From NCBI GenBank assembly GCA_965223265.1, contig OZ244999.1:8480001-8544000 (forward strand): a DNA stretch of 64,000 bases. The letters run 5' to 3'. Of this stretch, positions 10,188-17,800 are shown in pieces. Under the pieces are notes generated by a model. That model saw nothing but the letters and a program-made list of their open reading frames with translations. It had not been told where the DNA came from and made no database searches. Positions within the stretch are counted from its first letter, which is position 1. Every line of letters begins with the position of its first letter. The DNA is from Planctomycetota bacterium (GTDB lineage Bacteria > Planctomycetota > UBA8108 > SXIK01). A program made the position numbers and the translations under genes.

Positions 10188-10346
10188 GTAAAGCATGAAG
10201 AAGGCCTTTTGAAAGAAGGAAAGCAAGCAAAGGAGAAGAGAGGAGACGAAGCTGCCGTCATCAAGCGTGCCCCATGCCCTGCGTTTTTCTCCTGCGCCCC
10301 GCAGCCCATTGATCAAAAGCGTCACGCTGCCGCCCCTTGTGCGACG

Positions 10347-11327
10347 TCATTCTGCCATCAAGTCTCGAATCGCAGCGCCTATGGTGTCGACGCTCGGCAC
10401 CACCGCGGACTCAAGGGGCGGGCTGTAGGGCGTCGGCGCGTGCGCGCCGTTGAGGCGCCGAATCGGTGCGTCAAGCTCGTCGAAAGCCTGATCGACAACC
10501 TGCGCCGCGACCTCGGCGCCGATACCAAACGGCGCAAACGTTTCGTCGACGATGAGCAGGCGACCTGTCCGCGCCACCGACTCCAGCACCGTGTCGCCGT
10601 CGAGAGGCGCGACGCTCCGCAGGTCGATCACCTCAACGGAGACGTCTTCTTCCTCCAGCCGCTCTGCTGACTGTAACGCCGCGGGCACCATCGCCGCCAG
10701 CGTCACGACAGTGACGTCAGCCCCCTCGCGCGCCACACGTGCGCTCCCGAAGTCGATTTCGTAGTCGTCAACAGGAACATGCCCCTTGGACCCGAGCAAA
10801 GCCTTTGGTTCAAGAAACAGCACAGGGTCATCGCAACGAAGCGCTCGCTTGAGGAGTCCCTTGGCATCGTAGGGTGTCGTCGGCACAACGACGCGCAGGC
10901 CAGGGAAATGGCCATACATCGTGTAATAGCTGCCGGAGTGGTGCGTCGCCGAGGAATGAGCGACGCCGATGGAACCGCGCAAGAGGACAGGCATTCGCAA
11001 TCGGCCGCTGCTCATGTACTGCATCTTGGCGATCTGGTTCACGATCTCGCCAACTGCGTCGAGGATAAAGTCGGCGAACATGAAATCCACGACAGGCCGC
11101 GTTCCGGTCATCGCGGCACCCGCCGCGAGTCCGACGAAACCACGTTCGCAGATGGGTGTATCACAGAGCCTCTCCGGTCCGTAGAGGTCGTAGAGACCGG
11201 TCGTCGAGTTGAAGTTGCCGCCTCGTTTGCCGATACCCTCACCCATGACGAAGATCTTGGGATTGCGAGCCATCTCTTCGGAGAGACCCTCGAGCGTCGC
11301 TTGCATGTAGGTGATCTCGCGACTCAT
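10347..11327 (-). CDS. 2-oxoacid/acetoin dehydrogenase E1 beta subunit
   Basis: FVMGEGIG, DTPICERGFVG, DFMFADF, HHSG, EVIDLRSVAPLD, PTPYSPPLE. Start MSREITY overlaps the E1alpha stop. Confidence 0.92.
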   Translation of the reverse strand: MSREITYMQATLEGLSEEMARNPKIFVMGEGIGKRGGNFNSTTGLYDLYGPERLCDTPICERGFVGLAAGAAMTGTRPVVDFMFADFILDAVGEIVNQIAKMQYMSSGRLRMPVLLRGSIGVAHSSATHHSGSYYTMYGHFPGLRVVVPTTPYDAKGLLKRALRCDDPVLFLEPKALLGSKGHVPVDDYEIDFGSARVAREGADVTVVTLAAMVPAALQSAERLEEEDVSVEVIDLRSVAPLDGDTVLESVARTGRLLIVDETFAPFGIGAEVAAQVVDQAFDELDAPIRRLNGAHAPTPYSPPLESAVVPSVDTIGAAIRDLMAE

Positions 11328-12325
11328 GCGTCCTCCCCGGCTGAAGTAGCCGCGAAGACGTGGCGCGTCGCGGTCGAGGGCTCCGGCCACGGACTGGCCT
11401 TAGCGAATTCGTGTGCGTCCGCGACGAGTTGTTCGACTCTCTCGTCGATGGAGTCGAGACGGGCCGCGTGGTCCTTCGCATCGCCTGCGATGCGTTCGCG
11501 GAGTCGCACGATCGGGTCGCGTGCCTTCCAGTCCTCTACTTCCTCGCGCGTGCGGTATGAAAAGTCGCCCATGCCTTCGGCGTGTGGACGCGTCCGGTAA
11601 GTCTTGCACTCTAGAAGCGTCGCCCCCTCGCGCGTGCGCGCTCGCGCCACGGCTTCCTCGGCCGCGCTGTACACGGCGAGCACATCGTTGCCGTCGACCT
11701 CCTGCGCGGAGAGTCCCGCGGTGCGGCCTCGCTCAGCGACACTCGGATTGCCACTGGAGTAGGAAAATGGGACTTCGGTGGCGTACTGATTGTTCTCGCA
11801 CACGAAGAGTACCGGCAGCTTCCAGATCGCAGCCATATTGAGGCCTTCGTGGAAGGCCCCGTTATTGGCAGCCCCGTCGCCGAAGAACGCCACCGCGACT
11901 CCATCATTTTTGAGAAGCTTGAAGCTGTACGCTGCGCCGGCAGCCTGCAGAATCGATGGCCCGACGATGCCGCTCGTGCCCATGAGGCCGACCTCGGGTG
12001 CGAACAGGTGCATGCTGCCGCCGCGTCCTTGCGAGCACCCCGTGACCCGACCGAACAGTTCGGCCATCAGTTCCTTCGGTTGCACCCCTTTGGCGAGGGC
12101 ATGGCCGTGGCCGCGGTGCGTACTGAAGACAACGTCGCTGCGCCTGAGGTGCGCACACACACCGGTTGCAGTCGCTTCTTGACCGACATAGGTGTGGCAG
12201 GCCCCGTGGATGAGGCCACGCTGGTGGGACCGTGCCAGTTGCTCCTCGCACGTCCGGATGAGCTGCATCGTTTCGTAGAGTTCAAAGAGGACATCGCCTC
12301 GCGGAGCATTTTTTTTGGCGTTCAT
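11324..12325 (-). CDS. 2-oxoacid/acetoin dehydrogenase E1 alpha subunit (TPP-dependent)
   Basis: HTYVGQEA, STHRGHGH, GRGGSMH, TPP motif FFGDGA..ENN, TYRTRPHAEG. Confidence 0.92.
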   Translation of the reverse strand: MNAKKNAPRGDVLFELYETMQLIRTCEEQLARSHQRGLIHGACHTYVGQEATATGVCAHLRRSDVVFSTHRGHGHALAKGVQPKELMAELFGRVTGCSQGRGGSMHLFAPEVGLMGTSGIVGPSILQAAGAAYSFKLLKNDGVAVAFFGDGAANNGAFHEGLNMAAIWKLPVLFVCENNQYATEVPFSYSSGNPSVAERGRTAGLSAQEVDGNDVLAVYSAAEEAVARARTREGATLLECKTYRTRPHAEGMGDFSYRTREEVEDWKARDPIVRLRERIAGDAKDHAARLDSIDERVEQLVADAHEFAKASPWPEPSTATRHVFAATSAGEDA

Positions 12326-12438
12326 TATCTGCAACTGTTCGGACTTGCGCGAAGGCTACGTTCTCTTGGTGCCTTGCCTACGATTCTTTTGTACTGCTGA
12401 GGGCCACGCTCATCACACCCGCGCCCTTCCGCAGCATC

Positions 12439-13371
12439 TCATTTTGGTGCTTCACCGACCGCGAGCACGAGATTCTTTGCTTCCAAGCTGATGGGGTTCG
12501 AGTAGTGGTAGATTCTGCACTTTTCGACTCCATCCTCGACAACGGGGGTCGGCTGCTCGATCACGAAGTCTGCGAAGTCTGGTGCGTTGAAGGCGACGAA
12601 CGCGAGTCGGATGCAGTCGACGGCCGGTGTGTAACGACGGCTGAGGTCCGGGAACGCGATCGGGCCAGTGTCGACTTGATACATTTTTTTGTCGAGGCTT
12701 ACGTTCATGGTTTTGGTGGGACACTCAATGACGGCGCGTAGCCCGGTCTCGGGATGCGAGATTTCGGTCTGCGTGACAAGCGGTATGCCCGCCGCCGTCG
12801 CGTCGCGGATCGCGTCCCAGGTGTCGAGGATTCTGACGGGTTGACCGAGCTGCAGCTTGAACGTCGGCTTGCCCCATACGTCTTCAGCCTTTCTAAGGTC
12901 CCGGTATCTATCCGTCATGCGTGCGTGCCGCCTGAGAATCAAAAGTTCCTTGCCGCCGCCGTAGATCGGCATGAAGTCGTAGTTGTCTTCGACGAACAGG
13001 TTCTTCTCCGCGAAGGTGTGTTCGCTCTTGCACGAGCCGCACTGATAGAACACCGTCAACTCGTTGCCTTTGTCGTCGAACAGCACGGTGCGGCTTTCGA
13101 TCCAAAAGCGAACGGCGTTGGACGATTTCGGATTGCAGAGAAACGAACGGCCATAGTCGAGGCAGCCCGCCGCTAGCAGTTGACGTTTCCCGCCAGGCGC
13201 CGCAGATGCCGAACGGGACGTCAACCCGGCCAGCCCTGCCGCCGAAGCGGCGGCTGTGGTCAACGCTGCAGACGACAGCGCTGAGCGTGCGCCTTGGTCG
13301 AGGAACTCACGCCGTGAGCTCGTCTTCTCGACGTTTTGGTTTCGTTCGGTTCCTTCGTTCGGCTGTTGCAT
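12439..13371 (-). CDS. Tat-exported hypothetical protein with a CxxC..H motif
   Basis: SSRREFL twin-arginine motif plus Ala-rich h-region ending ASA; YQCGSCKSEHTF. Confidence 0.75.
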   Translation of the reverse strand: MQQPNEGTERNQNVEKTSSRREFLDQGARSALSSAALTTAAASAAGLAGLTSRSASAAPGGKRQLLAAGCLDYGRSFLCNPKSSNAVRFWIESRTVLFDDKGNELTVFYQCGSCKSEHTFAEKNLFVEDNYDFMPIYGGGKELLILRRHARMTDRYRDLRKAEDVWGKPTFKLQLGQPVRILDTWDAIRDATAAGIPLVTQTEISHPETGLRAVIECPTKTMNVSLDKKMYQVDTGPIAFPDLSRRYTPAVDCIRLAFVAFNAPDFADFVIEQPTPVVEDGVEKCRIYHYSNPISLEAKNLVLAVGEAPK

Positions 13372-13466
13372 GGATCGACCTCTCGACTCTTGGCTCTGAG
13401 ACAACCCGGCCCCGCTTCGCACTCGTTCTAAGGTGCGTTCGTTCCGCAATGCAAGACCAATGCGCG

Positions 13467-14591
13467 TTAAAGCGCCGCCTCCAGGATCTGCGCTGCGTCG
13501 TCGAGCGTCACCTGCCTCGGGTTTGAGGGCGTCGAGTGATCCTCCAGGGCGGCTGCAGCGATCCCATCTAAGTCGGCGACTGACAGACCGAGTTCGCTCA
13601 GACGCGTCGGCAGTCCGATAGCCCTGACCAGATCTTCTGCGGCGCAGGCCAAGGATTCGCCGTCGTTCCCGGAACCGACTGCTCCTGCCATGCGTTGCAT
13701 CTTCTGCGGGCAGGTGGCTGCGTTGAACCGGAGGACGTGTGGTAGAAAGATGGCGTTGAGCATGCCGTGGTGCGGGCGCTTGTCGGTGAGAGAGCCGAGC
13801 GGATGGCTGAGACTATGAATCAGGCCGAGGCCTTTTTGGAACGTGAGCCCGCCTTCGAGGGCTGCCATCATGAGCTCGCTCCTCGCGTCGATGTCTTGGT
13901 TGTGCTCAACGGCGCGGCGGAGATTCTTCCATGCACGCTCGAGGCCGTCGAGAGCGATCGCTTCGGCGACGGGATTGAACTTCGGGCTCGAAAAGGTCTC
14001 GACGCAGTGCGAAATCGCATCCATTCCGGTCGCCGCAGTCAGCCGCGGCGGCAGTCCGAGCGTCAGTTCGGGATCACAGATCGCTGCCTCCGGGATCATG
14101 TGTGGGCTGACCAGAGCAAGCTTCGAGCCACTCGCAAGTGTCACCAGAGCGGCACGACCGACTTCGCTACCCGTTCCCGCCGTGGTGGGAACCGCGACGA
14201 GTGGAGGCTTCTTTCCCGTGATGCGCTCGAGCCCTCCGCGGATGAGTGCATAGCTTTCGAGAGGCGGAGCATGGGTCGCCAGGAGCGCGATACACTTGGC
14301 GCAGTCAATCGGGGAACCGCCGCCAACTGCCACAACGCCATCGCACTCGAGCTCACCGAACAGTTTAGCGCCGGCGATCGCACTCTCCTCATCGGGATTC
14401 GTCTGCACGTCTCGAAAGACGCCGGCGAACTCGATTTCGAGGCGTTCAAGCAATCCCGCTTGCTCAACACCTGTGTCCGTCACAAGAAGCGGTCGACGCA
14501 CGCCGAGGTCGGCCAGGACCTGAGGCAAAACTTTGATCGCCCCGCGTGCGAAGTGGATGCCGGTGAGATAGGAGATTGTCGGTGCTTGCAT
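13467..14591 (-). CDS. Iron-containing alcohol dehydrogenase
   Basis: GGGSPID, PTTAGTGSE, GMDAISHCVE, GLIHSLSH, HHG. Confidence 0.93.
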   Translation of the reverse strand: MQAPTISYLTGIHFARGAIKVLPQVLADLGVRRPLLVTDTGVEQAGLLERLEIEFAGVFRDVQTNPDEESAIAGAKLFGELECDGVVAVGGGSPIDCAKCIALLATHAPPLESYALIRGGLERITGKKPPLVAVPTTAGTGSEVGRAALVTLASGSKLALVSPHMIPEAAICDPELTLGLPPRLTAATGMDAISHCVETFSSPKFNPVAEAIALDGLERAWKNLRRAVEHNQDIDARSELMMAALEGGLTFQKGLGLIHSLSHPLGSLTDKRPHHGMLNAIFLPHVLRFNAATCPQKMQRMAGAVGSGNDGESLACAAEDLVRAIGLPTRLSELGLSVADLDGIAAAALEDHSTPSNPRQVTLDDAAQILEAAL

Positions 14592-14841
14592 GCGGGAGAC
14601 TCTAACTTGCGCTGGGCGCGGACGGCGAGCGAAAACCGTCGGTCTCGGTGCAGTACGAGCGAGCGCACGAAAAAGACCGGTGGCAGGGTTGACGAAGAGC
14701 GTACAATGGAGCGTGCGGTGGCTGAGTTGGGCAGCACCGCGTCTAGTCGCACTCTCGACCCTTGGTCCGGCCGCGCTGTGCCGTGAGGGTTTGTGACGGA
14801 ATTCACCAGCTCCTAAAGTCGCACAATCCAGCGGAGGGTCT

Positions 14842-17800
14842 ATGAGGGTGGGATTGGTTCGATCTGCCGCTCGGGAGGATGACGCGTGCCCTCCGGGTTC
14901 AAGACCGTGGCGTCAATGGACGCTCCTCGGTTGCCTACTTCTCGCGGCGGCGACGTTCGCCACAGCGGACGCCGGCGACTGTAACGGCAACGGCATCGAG
15001 GATGTCGACGACATCGCCGCAGCGGTCAGCGAAGACTGCAACCTCAACGAGCTCCCCGATGAGTGTGAGACGGTGCCGCTGCCGTTTCGCGGTCAAACGA
15101 GAGTGGAAACGCCCTCCCAAGTGCACGCGATCGTCACGGCAGACTTTGACGCCGACGGCAACCAGGACATCGCGGTGGGCTATGCCAACGGATTGTCGAT
15201 CGCTCTGGACGCCGTCAATTCCGCGAGTGGTGAGATTTCGTTCCTCGACTATCGTTTCGAGGCGCGTTCGCAGGTGTGGCGCGCTGGCGACGTCGATGCC
15301 GATGGCGACATCGATTTGGTCACGGTCGGTGCGAATCGACTGCTCATTGCGCTCAACGATGGGACCGGTGGATTCGGCGAAATGCAGTCAGTCCTTTCGC
15401 CAGATCACGGCCTTCTCGAGCTTGCCGTCGGAGACGTTGACAGCGACGGCAGAGCCGACCTTGCGGTTTCGAATCGCAGTTCACCTCGGGTCTCCATCGT
15501 TTTCAGTCGTGCCGATGGAACGTTTTCCGATTTTCACCACCTTGAGGTCGGTCGCAATCCTGCGGCCGTCGAGCTGACTGATATCGACACCGACGGCGAT
15601 CTCGACCTTCTGGTCGTGAATCGCGATGACGATGAGGTCTCTCTTTTACTTGGCGACGGGCGTGGTGAGTTTGAGCCGCAGCGACGCTTCGTAGTCCCCG
15701 ACCGTCCTGAGGAAATTGCCATGGGGGATCTCAACTCAGACGGACTTGTCGACGCTGTCCTGAGGCATCGAAGCGCTGTATCCGTGCTGATGAACACCGG
15801 TAGCGGTTTCGATGCAGCACGCAGCCTCCTCTTCCCGCGTGAGTTTCCCACCTCGATTGCTGCCGGCGACGTTGATGGCGACGGTGATATAGATATCGTC
15901 GCTGGCTTTCGCAACCCGAACGGTAGCGCGGTCTTCCTCAATCGGGGCGGTGGTGAGTTTAACACAGCCGTTGCGTTCCCGATTGGACTCGAAGGCACGG
16001 CGACTTCGACGGCTTTGGCTGACATCGACGCGGACGGCGACACGGACTTTCTGCAGGGGCACGTGGCGATTCCGGCTTTGACGATCGTGACCAACTCTGA
16101 CGCCAGTCGGCTGATCGAACTTTCCTTTCCCGCAACGATTCCTGCCCAAGGGGAGCCGCACACTGCCGCGCTCGGCGACATCGATGGTGACGGCGACCTC
16201 GACTTCGTGTCAGGAAACAACAACGACGGCGACATTTCAGTACTGACGAACCCTGGTGACGGCCGGTTTGTCTTCCACTCGCAGCCTTTGACCGGCGCGA
16301 GTTATTTCTCGATGGTCTTGGCGGATATTGACCTCGACGGCGATCTCGATATCGCGTCGTCGGACACGCGCCGCGGAAGCGTCTATGCGATGAAGAACGA
16401 TGGGGGAGGAGTGTTTACGCCGTCATTTTCAGTCGAGATTGGCGGCAACCCGTTTCACCTCGGCGCAGCTGATTTTGATCTCGATGGCGACATCGATCTC
16501 GTTACGTGCGACCGTTCGCGCGGCTTTGTGACGCCGCTTTTCAATGATGGTTCCGGTACCTTTGAGCCACAACCGTTCGCTCCAGCCGGTAACGTGCCTC
16601 TGGCAGTGGCCACGGCCGATTTTGACCTAGACGGTGACGTGGACGTCGCTACGGCCAACAACGGCTCCCGAGATGTCGCGGTGCTGATGAACCATGGCGA
16701 CGGTACGTTCGAGACGCGGGTCACGTACCCGTTGGTTGCCCGACCAACTTTCGTGGTTGCAGCGGATTTCGACGGCGATGGTCACGTCGATCTGGCGACA
16801 GCAAACGAACAGAGCCAGAACGTGACGCTTTTTTGGAATCAGCGCGACGGTGGTTTCCAGCCAGGCGGAGTTTTCGGCGTTGCCTTGCCGCCGTATTCGA
16901 TGATCGCGTCAGACCTCGATGCGGACGGATTCGCTGAGCTCGTGGCCGTGAGTGAGCGCACCAGTTCGATCTCCGTCTTGGTCAACGGCGGCGATCGTTC
17001 GTTCTCTCTGTCGACCAAGCACAGGGTAGGAGGGGGCCCACGTTTCGCCGTTGCCGGCGACATCGATGCCGACGGCACCAACGATATCATCGCCGCGAAT
17101 CGCGTCGGCGAGACGCTCACGGTGTTCCACAACGCGACGCGTTCAGGACCTGAATACCTCGAATCAATGTGCACCGAGCGTGACTTCGTCACTGTTTCAG
17201 TGCCGACGGGCGAAGGGACGCGCGACGGCAAGTACGTCGTACCGGCGCGCGTCGATCCGACTCTGCTCCCACCCCTCTTTCAGAACGTGTCGCGTTTTTT
17301 GCTCCACGAGGATTTTCTGTCCAAGGCGTTTCGTGAGAGGTTCCCGACACTTGAAGGCGATATCGAGCAGTACAACCAGCTGACGGGTCGTCGCGGCAGT
17401 CGCGACTACTACGTCGGCGTGCTCAGGCGTATGCGGGAGGCCCCAAATGCGCGCTACGTGTTCACCGTCGTTGCCGACACCGGTTTTGATCCACGCGAGG
17501 TGTTGAATCTCGAGGAAGTGACGTGGGTGTACAATTCCCTGATGAGCGCGTTTGACATCGCCCCACTTGAGTACTGGCCGGACACGGAGCTGGCTCGGCG
17601 AGAGGCAGAGGCGTGGACAAACGCGCCGTTTTCGATTTTCTTCGGTGAACTCGGCGGCGGGTTTCGCTACGAGGCGTACACGACGGGCACAGGGTATGGT
17701 CGCGTGCGCCTCCTGACTCTCGAGGAGTTCGAGGCGGCGAATCAAACGGGTCTTTTCACGTTTCAGGACATCGTCGTCATCGAGCAGGCTCCGCGTGACA

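Noticed and set aside
10128-10190. CRISPR array
   Set aside because: Units are 10 bp, directly tandem, with no spacers; no cas genes in the window.
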